Source: Hypanus sabinus (Eukaryota). From it: a stretch of DNA of 64,000 nt. Shown piece by piece: positions 36,601-48,889 of this stretch. The DNA is taken from contig NC_082734.1 in NCBI RefSeq assembly GCF_030144855.1, positions 21,638,001 through 21,702,000 on the forward strand, read 5' to 3'. Both the position numbers and the translations under genes were made by a program. Within the stretch, counting starts at the first letter, position 1. Each line of letters begins with the position of its first letter. The notes beneath the pieces are model-generated. The model did not search any database. It was not told where the DNA came from and saw nothing but the letters and a program-made list of their open reading frames with translations.

Positions 36601-37002
36601 AAAGTCACTGGAGAGCTGCAGCTGGGAGGTATAAGGTAGTCTTATACTTGACAAAATGAGACATAGTATTGAGCACTTTTGGAGGAAAAGGCCTGTTCAA
36701 CCTAACATTACATGACACTTTATATGCTAAAATCAAAGGACAATTCTATATTTAGAACACATCTACAATGCTTCCTTTGAATTATATGTAACTTTCACAC
36801 CTCCTTCTTTGCGTCCACACTTCAGGCGCCCAAAATTGATGTAAATCAACATTGTCTGGTCTTTCACTGCTGTTCACAGCTCTAGGAATCTATTGTCCAG
36901 GGCAGTATTTTAATTTTAATCTATGGTTCATGTTCAGCTCTAAAGATTGGTTGCTCAAGTTTAAAATTTTGCTATACACCCCGTCCAGAATAAGCCCTAA
37001 CA
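33611..37002 (-). mobile_element. tRNA-Pro-primed retroviral-like LTR element (deleted), nested in the BEL 3' LTR
   Basis: Paired TGT...ACA LTRs 33611-34093 and 36586-37002; PBS TGGGGCCTCGTCTGGGAT 36566-36583; PPT 34094-34107; frameshifted CCHC knuckle about 35335-35375; protease ORF 34819-35085 (LDKGS, ILGID); integrase C-terminal PGDQVMVR..PRWIGP about 34380-34455. Confidence 0.88.
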
Positions 37003-37352
37003 AAGGGTATAGTTAATATATCTTCAGTTTAGTTTTGGTCTCGGTGTGAGTTCGAGGCAGCTGGGTATGATCTTGTTGGCTGCCTTGTTTATCATTTAAA
37101 TATGTTTAAGAACGCTTGGCTTGAGTATGTTTGAATACGCCTAGACTGCTTATTTCATTATATGGTTAGTTTCATTTGTTACAAGATCATTCATCTTTGC
37201 TGATTCCTCAATATAAGGATCAAACATATTTTCATTGACTTAGAACTTAATGTTATTTGTGGCGAATGCATCATACATGTGTCAACCTCACCTCCGCACC
37301 TCGTCCTTACTCTCTGAGTGGTTTTGCTTTGTTTTGAAGTTACCACTGCACA
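37003..37352 (+). mobile_element. Right part of BEL/Pao 3' LTR
   Basis: T-rich sequence continuing 33484-33610 after the nested element and ending in CA; end point approximate. Confidence 0.55.
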
Positions 37353-37472
37353 TACCAGTATAGCAGGCAGTGATACAACCAGTCAGAATGCTCACCACAG
37401 TACATCTGTAGAAACTTGCGAGGGTCTCTGAGGATGTATCTATTAAATCCATAGGTAAAGGTGAAGCAATAA

Positions 37473-37613
<141 letters not shown>

Positions 37614-38039
37614 TGAGTGTATGCAGCTTTCTTTGTTGTTCTTTCCAACCGTATGTGATGGGAAGATATTGAGGGAGCTTCACTGGAAGTGTATGATGGG
37701 ATGGTGTTGAGGGTTTTTCATTCTGTGTCTGGGATGACGAGGCGTAGGGTGGGGTTTAGTTGAAGGTAGGTATGAGTGGAATTGAAATGAGGCACAACCT
37801 GTATGGGACAATGCTGGGTAACCTGTGTAATTCTCTTTTTTTTCTCTCTCTCTCTCTCCCTCCCTCCCTCCTTTCTTCCCCACACTCTTCCTCTTCCCTG
37901 TTCCTGTTTCCTCTCCCCTCTACTCCCTACCCCTGATCTATCCTTTTTCCTTCCGATTCTCCTCCTCGCTCCCCACCCCTTCCCCCCCCCCCCCACACAC
38001 CCCTTTTCCCCTCCTGCCCTCTCTCCCCTCTCCACCCAG

Positions 38040-38193
38040 GACATTTGAGACCCTGAGGAACCACCCCTCCTTCTACCTTTTCAACCATCGGGGCCGGGTA
38101 TTGTTCCGCCCTCCTGAAGGAGACTCCAACTCGCCCTCCTCAGCTCTCTTATCCAGTCTGAAGCTGCGGAGACTGCAACCCAGCCTTCGTTAG
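38040..38193 (+). CDS. MMGT1: MMGT1 last coding exon
   Basis: 154 nt, [50 protein letters not shown]; total CDS 390 nt (129 aa). Confidence 0.95.
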
Positions 38194-38829
38194 ACTTCTC
38201 CTCTTCCCCTCCTCCAACCCATAGATCTTGGTCAGAAAACCCCTCCGTCCAACTTCTCTCCCAACCCCACCCCGGCACAATCTAGTTCTCCTGCCCCCAC
38301 CCCCTTTACTCTGGGGATGGAGACAGAGGCCCCATCCATTAGGCAAGAATGGCTGCAGATTGAGCCTGGGACTTGCTTAGGGCCCGGAGGTGGAGCAGGA
38401 GAGAAACACCAGGGTCCGTCTGTGGCTTGGTCCCATCGGGCCTTTCTCTCCCCCTCAACAATATGAGACTTGGGGCCCAGGCTCCATCTGTGGCTTAGTC
38501 ACAGCTTGGCTCCTTTGTCTTGCCCCCGATGTTGGACTCGGGCTCTGATTCCATCCTTGTCCCACCCTGAACCCATTTTTCTCCACCACCACATTCCTGG
38601 AGGTGGGGGGAAGCAAGCCCCAGGCTCCATCTGTGGCCTATTGCTGTCCTGGGCTTCCCTGATCTGGAACGGTCACCTGGAGGGAGGGCCCAGATTTTGT
38701 CCATTGCCTCGTACCTTCCTGTCTCCCCTCCCTCAGGAACAGAGATCTGAATGTAGAGAGGGTCTCCAAGGATCCATTGATGCACCCAGTCACATATACA
38801 ACCCCACCCCCACCATTCAAACCTAGTCT

Positions 38830-39975
38830 CCCCAGATCCTACTTTGTAAAGAAGTTCCCCACAGTTTCCCCTTAAATATTTAATTTTGCACCCAGAACCT
38901 CTGACCTGTATTTCTATTCTCACCCAACCTCAATTAGCCTGCTTGAGCTTGTTTACACACCTCATCATTTGTATACCTCTGTCAAATCTCTCCTCATTCT
39001 CCTACACTCCAGGGAAAAGACCTTTTCAATCTTTCCCTATATTTCAGGTCCTCAAGTCCTGGTAACATTCTTGAAAATTTTCTCTGTGCTCTTTAAATCT
39101 TATTGATATTGTTTCTGTAGATAGGTGACCAGAACTGCAGACAATACCCCATTTTTGGCCTCAAGTATCTTATACAACTTCAACATTAAAACTCCTGAAC
39201 TCAATGCTTTAAGTGCTAAAAGCTTCCTTTAAGACCCCATCTACCTGTACAGAACTTTGAAGGAATTATGGATATGTTTTCCCAGATTCCTCTGACATCC
39301 ACAAATTTGCTGATCCAGTTTACACTTTATCATCCTATGACATACAGCAATGGACCCAACATCACTCCCTATGGCACACCATTAGTCACAGGCCTCCAAT
39401 CAGAGTGGCAGTCCTCCACTACCACTCTTTGGTGTCTCCCACTAAGCCAATTTTAAATCCAGTTTATTATTACATCCTGAATGCTAAGCGACTAATCTTC
39501 TTGACCAACTTCCCATGCGGGACCTTGTCAAAGGTCTTGCTGAGGTCCTTCAAGATGACATCCGCTTACTTACCTTCAGCAACTTTCCTGCTAACTTCCT
39601 CAAAAAACTCCATAAGATTGGTTAGACACAACCTACCATGCACAAAGTCATGTTGACTATCTTGAATCAGGCTCTGTGTATCCAAATACTCATGGTCCCT
39701 TTGAATACCTTCTAGTAATTACCTGCTACTGATATCAGACTCACCGGCCTATAATTTCCCATCTTATTCTTGGAGCCTTTCTAAAACAATAGAATATCAG
39801 CTATCCTCCAATCCTCCAGCACCTCACCCATGTCTCTCTGTTAGGGTCCCTGCAATTTTGGCAGTAACCTCCCACAATGTCTAAGGGATTTAACCACCCT
39901 AATTTGCCTCAAGACAGCAAATACCTCCTCCTCTATAATCTGTATATGTCCATGACTCACTACTGATTTGCCTCA
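38830..39975 (-). mobile_element. CR1 ORF2 fragment
   Basis: Collinear similarity to the CR1 at 5700-7080 (e.g. taggtgaccagaactgca, gttagacacaacctaccatgcacaaagtca). Confidence 0.85.
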
Positions 39976-40829
39976 GTCTCCCCAAATCTCGCCGTGTTCC
40001 CAGTGACAATTCCCACCTGGTTTTCCTGAATCCCTCCATAATTCCCACTGAGAATTCCCATCCACTCTCCACAAATCCTGTCATGCTGCTGGTGAAACTA
40101 CCACTCCCATACGTCCGTTGATCAGTCTCTAACTGTTGTCTAAGACTTTTGGGATAGTACAGTTGATAGGGCTGAATGGCATGCATTGCATGGCCTCCTC
40201 CACAGATACTGTCCCATGCTGGTGGCCCCCACCTCTGCCGGTTGGACGGCAGGTATCAGACAGCCTGAATGGCCACATACTGAGGCATACCAGGCCTCAG
40301 ACCCACACCCAAACCTGTGTCCTGAACTACCCTGACTGGGACATACATCACCCCCTCCCCCTTCATGGGAACTGGGTCTGAATCTTGTGACTCACTCCCA
40401 TGACTGTGCCATGGTAGTCCCAACACTAGAAGGGACAACAGAATTCAAGGAGTGGGACTCGCTCCCACCTTCTTGAGAGGAGGCGATTGGGGATAAATGC
40501 TGGCGAGCTCCCCGAGGGATGATTAGGGGTGGGAAACAAATGTTGCAAGCTGCCCACCTTCTGGAGGGGACGGTCTGGGACAGGTGGTCAGTGCTGACCT
40601 GGGATATCTGGAAGATGGCACGGAGTGTTCCTGGTGGACCCGTCCCAGTAACTGTGGCGCACCTGCACTGACAGACGGACTGTCACCCATCGAGAAGTAG
40701 CTGAGTGACGATGTGGGCTCCACCTGAATACAGTATGCCGCATGGAAAACTCATCTCACAGTTAGCAGTGGATCCTCACCGTCTGTTCATGCAGAACTCT
40801 GGAAGAGAAGTCCTTCACCCCACACCCTC

Positions 40830-41120
40830 TGACCCCCAGGACTGGGTGACGGGATGGTGTGGCAGGAACTTTACCCTGCGTCTGACCTTGGGAGTGTCTG
40901 ATGGGACAGTGCAGAGGGAGCTTCATGCTGTGTCTAACCCTGGGAATGTTTCATGAGACGGTGCAGATGGAGCTTCACGCTGTGTTGGACCCCGGGAGCA
41001 TGTGCAGAGCGAGCCTCACACTGTCTAACCCAGTGTATGGCAGGATGGGGAGGAGGGAGTCTCACTGTGTTTAATCCTGGAAGTATGTGATGGGATGGGG
41101 TGGAGGCAGCTTCACTTTAA
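40830..41120. repeat. Diverged ~54-bp satellite units
   Basis: GATGGGACAGTGCAGAGGGAGCTTCA..TGTGTCTAACCC units. Confidence 0.8.
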
Positions 41121-42812
41121 TTTAAATGACTATTAAAATTAACACTGATTGAAAAATTTGTGTCTATAAAGAATCTTTCATTGACATTCCTTCCTGTAAA
41201 AGTCCTGAATATCCAGTGGGACTGAGAAGATTACATTGTTCATCTGCATCCCAAACAGCTTGTCTCATTTTGTGTGACTGGTGCCCCAGGTTAATGTTAC
41301 ACCGGGGGTGAGGAGGTAGTTTAACGAGACAGCCAGCACAGTCTGAGATTTTCCTCATCACGCTCCATTTCTTCTAACTTCCCATAGTACCACAGTGATC
41401 CTCCTCTGCCCCATTCTCTGTGCTGTATAAAAATCCGCTGGCCCTTTGGAGCCATGCAGGGACAGACTGTCTGAATGTTGTACCTTCATCAAAATCACAG
41501 TCAAGGTTGATATTGTCACAGGCGGGTACAATGAAAAACCAGCTTACAGCAGCATCACAGGCACATCGCATCAAGGAAGAACAATATTAGACCCATCTTC
41601 TTTATAAAACAAAGGAGCAGAATTAAACCATTTGGTTCATCGTCTACCCTGCCATTCCATCATGGCTGATTTATTATCCCTCTCAACCCCATTCTCCTGC
41701 TTTCCTCCTGTAACCTTTCATGGCCTTACTAATCTAGCAATTATCAACCTCTGCTTTAAGTATACCCAAAGGCTTGCCCTCCACAACCTTCTGTGGCAAT
41801 GAATTCCACTGATTCACCACCCTCCCACCCTCTGGCTGAAGATCCCTGTTCTAAAGAGATGTCTGAGGCTGTGCCCTCTGGTCTTAGATTCACCCACTAT
41901 TGGAAAAATCCTCCACACATTAACTCTATCTAGTCCTTTCAATATTCAATAGATTTCAATGAGATCTCCCCTCATTCAATCTAAACTCTGGTGAGTACAG
42001 GCCCAGAGCTATCAAATGCTTCTCATAAACCAATTCTTTTATTCCTGGGATCATTCTCGTAAGCCTGTGGACCATCTTCAATGCCAGCACATCCCTTCTT
42101 AGATCATCGAATACTAACAAATTTCTACAGATGTAGTTCTGGAAGTATCCTCACTGGTTGGCTCATGGTCTGGTGCAGCAATTCAAATGCACAGGAGCTT
42201 AAAAAGCTGCAGATTCCACCATCAGTTTCTACAGGAGTCAATGTCCTTCAAAGATCCCCACCATCCAGGCTATGCCATCTTCTCATAATTCTGTTAGGCA
42301 GGAGGTACAGAAGCCTCCTACATCACCAGGTTCAGAAACAATGAATTCCCTTCAGCCATTCAGGCTTTGAGCCAACCTACACAACCCTAATCACATAGTT
42401 TAACAAGCTATGAGTGCTCTTGACCACATTACCCTCGAGTGGATTTTTTAATTTGTTGTAATAATTGTACTTTCTCATAAAAATCCAGAAAATTTAGCTT
42501 TTCTTGTGAATGCTGCTGCAAATAAGTTTTTTTTTGGTGCTTCTCTAAGTACATGTACCTGTGTATGTGACAATAAACCACTTGGACCATGATAGTGATT
42601 AGATTGTACAGGCTGTTTCAAGAATCGAATGGTTGAAGGAAGAAGCTGTTCCTGAACCTGGCGGTGTGGGACTTCGGGCTTCTGTACCTTTTACCCCAGG
42701 GAGCTGAGAGAAGGTGATGTGGTTCAGATGATGGGTATCACGTACAATCAAAGTCTTCATATATTATCTTGATAATTTTCTTGTAGCCATTTACGGGATA
42801 AAAGAAATACAA

Positions 42813-45239
42813 ATTAAATATTATTTATTTATTAAATTTTAGAAATTACAAAGAATAAATGTGGTAATAAAATAGTAAGAAAAATAATATTGACCCTTAA
42901 CCTTCCCCTCCCCTTAACCCTTATCTAACGAAAGAAAGAAAGAAAAGGAAAGAAGAGAAGGATTGCCTGGATATCGGAGGATCCCCACATGCTCCATGGA
43001 GTTCAAAATAATTTTGATATTTATTTTTACTTTCCCCAATTACTATAATTTTATCTTCAAAGGACCTATGTATTTAATCCTATTTTCTGTAAGTATGGGA
43101 ACCAAATTTTCAAAAATATATCATATTCATTTCTTAGATTATACATAATTTTTCAAGTGGAATACAACTATGTATTTCATTATTCCAATGATCCATAGTT
43201 AAATATAGATCAGATTTCCAAGTAACTGCGATAGCTCTTTTGGCTACTGCCAATGCAATTTTTATAAATTTTTTCTGATACTTATTCAATTTAAGTTTCG
43301 TTGTTGTCCCTTCAATATCTCCTAATAAAAATAATAATGGACTATGTGGGAGTTGTATTCCAATAATTTGTTCCAATAAAAGTCTTAAGTTTATACAAAA
43401 TGGCTGAATTTTAAGACAAGACCAAGTAGAATGTAAAAAAGTACCAATTTCTTGATTACATCGAAAACGTTTGTCAGACATATTTGAATTTAATCTATTT
43501 ATTTTCTGTGGTGTTATATATAATTGATGTAAAAAATTATATTGTATTAATCTAAGTCGAACACTTATTGTATTTCTCATACTATCAGAACATAATCTTG
43601 ACCAGTTTTTTCCATCAATTTTAACATTCAAATCAGATTCCCATTTTTGTCTTGATTTATGAATTCCTAATTTAATTGTCTGCTTTTGAATCAAATTATA
43701 CATACAAGATGTAATTTTTTTAGTTTTTCCTTTCTGGATTAATATTTCTATTTCACTAGGTTTTGGCATCAACATTATTTGTCCCAACTTTTCTCGTAAA
43801 TTGGCTTTTAATTGAAAATAACAGAAAAGAGTGTTATTTGATATTTTATATTTATTTTTTAATTGATCAAATGACATCAATATACCTCCTTCAAAACAAT
43901 CATCTATATATTTAATCCCCTTTTGGAACCAATTATGTAAAAGTATTATACATTGTAAAAGGAATAAGCCTATTTTGAATTAAAGTTCTTTTTGCTAATA
44001 AAGATTTCTTTATCTCATCGTCCATATTTACCTTTTTCCATAAATCAATCAAATGCCTTAATATAGGAGATTCTTTTTTTTCCCGTATCCATTTGGATTC
44101 CCATTTATATATAAAATCTTCTGGTATATTTTCTCCTATCTTATCTAATTCTATTCTAATCCATGCCGGTTTTTCTTCATCAAAAAAAGACGCAATAAAT
44201 CTAAGTTGATTTGTTTTATAATAATTCTTAAAATTTGGAAGTTGTAACCCTCCTAAATCAAATTTACATGTCAATTTTTCCAATGATATTCTTGACATCT
44301 TTCCTTTCCAAAGAAATTTCCTTACATATTTATTCAGTTCTTGAAAAAACTTCTGAGGTAATTGTATTGGTAAAGTTTGAAATAAATATTGCAATCTAGG
44401 AAATACATTCATTTTTACGGCATTAACTCTACCTATTAATGCTATTGGTAACATCATCCATTTATCAAGATCCTCTTATTTTTTTTAATAATGGCAAATA
44501 ATTGTGTTTATATAAATTTTTTATATCATTATCAACTCTAATACCTAAATATTTTATCCCATTTATTGACCATCGAAATTGAGTTGCTAATCGACCTTGA
44601 TTATAATTTCCTTTGGTAAGGGGTAAAATTTCACTTTTATCCCAATTTACCTTATAGCCTGATACTTTCCCATATTCTTCCAATCTAAAAGATAATCTTT
44701 GCAAAGATTGCAATGGGTTTGTTAAATAAATCAAAACATCATCAGCAAACAAATTAATCTTATATTCTTCTTGATTAACTCTAAAGCCCCCAATATCTGA
44801 ATCTGTTCTAATTAATTCAGCTAATGGTTCTATTGCCAATACAAATAAAGCAGGTGATAACGGGCAGCCTTGTCTAGTTGACCTCGTTAAGCAAAATGGT
44901 GTTGAAATCTGACCATTTGTAACTACTTTAGCTTGAGGATTAGTATTTAAAATTTTAATCCATTGTATAAAAGATTTCCCTAACTCATATTTTTCCAATA
45001 CCTTAAATAAAAAATCCTATTCCAATCTATCAAATGCTTTTTCTGCATCCAAAGCAACTGCCACACTCATTTCCTCTCTTTTTTGTGCCAAATGAATTAT
45101 ACTAAGTAACCGCGTTATATTATCTATTGATTGTCTATTTTTAATAAAACCTGTTTGATCCATATGTATTAATTTTGGTAAATATTTAGATATTCTATTA
45201 GATAAAATTTTTGCTAGTATTTTATAATCTGTATTCAAC
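42813..45239 (-). mobile_element. 5'-truncated L1 LINE (ORF2 RT to 3' UTR), relatively young
   Basis: Four consecutive ORFs with LDAEKAFDRLE, TRQGCPLSP, LFADD, GGLQLPN and a degenerate C-terminal zinc knuckle; 13-bp TSD AAA(A/G)GAAATACAA at 42800-42812 and 45240-45252; AT-rich. Confidence 0.95.
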
Positions 45240-45369
45240 AAAGGAAATACAATAAAATTTTATGGAAAAACTATACATAAAGAGATGCAGACAACCCCCA
45301 ATGTGCAAAAGAAGGCAAACTAAATAAAAATAAGAACGAGAACAGGAATTGTAAAGAGTCTGTAGATTA

Positions 45370-46650
45370 GATTCAAGTTTATTATCACTGATGTATGTGA
45401 AATTTGTTTGCGGCAATAGTACAGTTGCAATACATAAAGTATAAAGAGAAATATGAGATTTATATAAAAAATTAGTGAAAACAGAGAGCAAAGGTAGTGA
45501 GGTTATTTGTCTGCTCGGATAACTGATGACGGAGGGGAAGAAGTCTTTCCTAACATGTTGAGCTTGTGTCTTCAGGCTCCCGAGAAGAGGACATGTTCTG
45601 AGTGGTGGGGTGGGGGCGGAGGTCTGTAATGATGGATGCTGCCTTTTTGCGACCTTGCCTTTTACAGATGTTCTTGATGGTGGGAGCCTAGTGCCCATGA
45701 TGGAGCTGACTGATTTTACAACTGCAACTTTTTCCCGATCCTATGTAATGGCCCCTCCATACCAAACAGTGATGAAACCAATTGCGATGCCCTCCACAGT
45801 ACATCTGTAGAAATTTACCTGTCTTTGGTGACATACCACATCTCAAACTAATGAAGTGCAGCTACTGACTTGCTCTCGTTGTAATTGTATCAACATGTTG
45901 GGCCTAGTTTTGACCTTCAGAGATGCTGACACCAAGGAACTTGAAACTGTTCCAATGCTAATCTCTCAACGAGGACTGGTGTGTTTTTCATCGACTTTGC
46001 CTTCACAATCAATTCCTTGGTCTTACTGACATTGAGTGCAAAGTTGTGGTTGAGACACCACTCAACCAGCTGATCTCTCTCATCGCCATCTGAGATTCTG
46101 CTGACAACCATTGTGTCAACAGCAAAGTTATTTTCACAGTGCCTAGCCTCGCAGTCATGGGTATAGAGGGAATAGAGCAGTGGGCTAAGCATGCATTCTT
46201 GAGGTGCACTGGTGTTGATTGTCAGTGAGGAGGAGATGTTACTTTTGTCATAGAGCCAGTTCAGAGTAGTGATGAATGAAGTTATCCACACAAGTTCAGG
46301 AGCCTGATGGTTGTAGGGTAATAACTGTTTACTGGACCTGGTGGTATGGAACCTCCTTTCCAATGACAGTGAGAAGAGGGCTTGGCCGAGATGGTGGGGA
46401 TCTTTGATGGTAGGTGCTGCTCTCAGATCATGGGGAGGGTTTTCCCTAAGTTGATCTGGACTGTTTCCACCACTTTTCCTTTCCTGGACATTGGTGTTTC
46501 TAAACCAGACTATGATGCAACCAGATAGGATACTCTCCAATGTGCATCTATAGAAGTTGTCAAAAATTTTTGATGACATGCCAAATCTATGCAAACACTT
46601 AAGAAAGTAGAGACGCTGTTGCGCTGCCTTTGTAATGACACGTGTCATGA
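45370..46650 (-). mobile_element. Rex1/Babar-like LINE fragments (rearranged)
   Basis: LSPLLYSLYTHDC, LNVSKTKELIV, AQQRLYFLK, FYRCTLESILSGCI. The C-terminal segment precedes the RT segment, so at least two fragments are fused. Confidence 0.75.
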
Positions 46651-46659
46651 CTGTGATGA

Positions 46660-47428
46660 AAGATCCTGTCCTTTCAAGCCACTGTAGATAGTGGGGAGGG
46701 GTATGCCTGTATTATATTGAGCTGAGTCCACCACTCCCTGCAGCTTGTTACATTCCTGCAGTTTCAATTTGCTCTACCAGGCTGTTGTTCCTCCAACTGA
46801 GTGTGGCTTCATCTTGACAGTAGAGGAGGCCATGGATAGACATATCAGAATGGGAATGGGACGTGGAATTAAAATGTGTGGCCACTGGGAGATCCTGCCA
46901 CACATTTTAATTCGTCCGCCAGAGAAAGCAGGATCTCCCAGTGGCCAACAACACCTTATGTACCAGCTGGGTAGCCTCCAACCTGATGGTATGAACATTG
47001 ACTTCACTAACTTCCGTTAATGCCCCTCCCCTTCTTATCCCATCCCTGATATATATTAGTTTTATTCTCTCTCTCTGCCTGTTCTCCACCTCCTTCTGGT
47101 GCTTCCCTCCCCCTTTCTTTCTCCCTAGGCCTCCCGTCCCATGATCCTTTCCCTTCTCTAGCTCTGTATCCCTTTTGCCAATCACTTGTCTGGCTCTCAG
47201 CTTCACCCCACCCCCTCCGGTCTTCTCCTATCATTTCACATTTTCCCCTCCCCCTCCTACTTTCAAATCTCATACCATCTTTCCTTTCAGTTAGTCCTGA
47301 CGAAGGGTCTCGGCCCGAAACGTCGATTGTGTTTCTTCCTATAGATGCTGCCTGGCCTGCTGCATTCCACCAGCATTTTGTGTGTGTTGCTTGAATTTCC
47401 AGCATCTGCAGATTTCCTTGTGTTTGCC
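46660..47428. mobile_element. Penelope-like element remnant (GIY-YIG C-terminus, inverted junction, terminal repeat)
   Basis: QQHLMYQLGSLQPDGMNIDFTNF on plus; the adjoining upstream segment lies inverted on minus; C/T-rich tail with a hammerhead motif. Confidence 0.8.
47292..47329 (+). ncRNA. Minimal type I hammerhead ribozyme motif
   Basis: TAGTC-CTGACGA-A-GGGT CTCG GCCC-GAA-ACGT-C-GATTG: intact CUGAnGA and GAAA boxes, 4-bp stem II, palindromic stem III, GUC cleavage triplet ending at 47324. Confidence 0.75.
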
Positions 47429-48889
47429 TTAAAAACTAGTGGGCACAGGTTTAAGGTGAGCAAAAGGGAGTTTTACATTTTATTTATTTATTTAGAGATA
47501 TCACACCAGCAATTTACAATGACTGATTAACCTACTACACAGTATGTCTGGGCTGTGGGAGAAAATCAGAGCACCCAGTGGAAACCTACTGTACAATGTA
47601 CAAACACCATGCCGGGATTGAACTCAATTCTGACATCATGCTAACTGCTACACTACCGTGGCACTAAAGGGCTGAGTTTTTTATACTGAGCGTGGTTGAT
47701 ATCTTGAACAAACTGCCAGAGGATAGAAACATGGAAAACCTACAGCACAATACAGACCTTTCAGCCCACAATGCTATGCTAAACATTTATTTACTTTAGA
47801 AATTACCTTAAGGTTACCCAATAGCCTTCTATTTTTCAAAGCTCCATGTACCCATCCAAGAGTCTCTTAAAAGACCCTATCGCTTCCACCTCCATCACCA
47901 TCACCAGCAGCCCATTCCACACACTCACCACTCCCTGAGTAAAAAACTTACCCGACATCCCCTCTGTACCTACTTCCAAGCACTTTAAAACTGCCCTCTC
48001 GTGTCAGCCACTTAAGCCCAGGGAAAAAGGATGTGGCAGAATCAGATACAATTCCTGCATTTAAATGTCACTCAATCGGGCAAGGCATAGATACTAATCC
48101 CAGGCAAATGGGATTAGTATAGATTGGTAAAATACTATGGTGTGGGTGTGATTCCGTACAGCTGTGACATTGCTTCCCTCGATACTAGAACTAGCTAATG
48201 GGTTAAGGGTGAAAGGTGAAATATTTCAGAGGAACCTGATGGGCAATTTCTTCACTCACATGCAAGTGTGGAATGAGCTGCCAGCAGAAGTGGTGGACAC
48301 CGGTTCAATTGTAACATTTAAGAGAAGTTTGGATGGGAGGAATATGATTCAGGTGCAGGTAGAAGGCACCAGCAGAAGACCAGGTTACTATAGATTAGAT
48401 GGGCTGAAGAGGCCCTTTCTGTGGTGTAGTACTCTATGACTCTATTGGGGACGGTTAAATGCCCTCCCTGGGATCTAGAGTACCTGAGGGAAGCCCACAG
48501 GATCCAGGGAGTACATACAAAACACACGCAATGCCAGAGGTTAGATTGGACCCCATTAATAGACCTGAAGTAAACAGTTCATCATACTGAGTCACACCTG
48601 TCGCCCTTGACTGTGTTTCTACTGTGTGACAGCTCCGTGGAAGTCTGGGCAACTACCCCATTCAACTGCCGTAAACTCGGACTCCAGCTCGTCAATTCGA
48701 GGGCAAAATTAATCATGTCCCATTCACTATATTTGCATTCGTCCAATGCTGTATCCATCTTATGTAATGCACATTTGATAACACCACTAAGACGCAATTT
48801 TCGCTGTTTTTTTTCGGGGTGGGGGGGGGGATTGCCAACTGCCGCTGGGTTTCGAAATAAGCGTGGAACTTCATTTTCTGTCAGCTTGC

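Noticed and set aside
45917-46648. 243-aa ORF as a domesticated RT gene
   Set aside because: Chance read-through across two out-of-order Rex1-like fragments with the catalytic motif broken (FAVDT).
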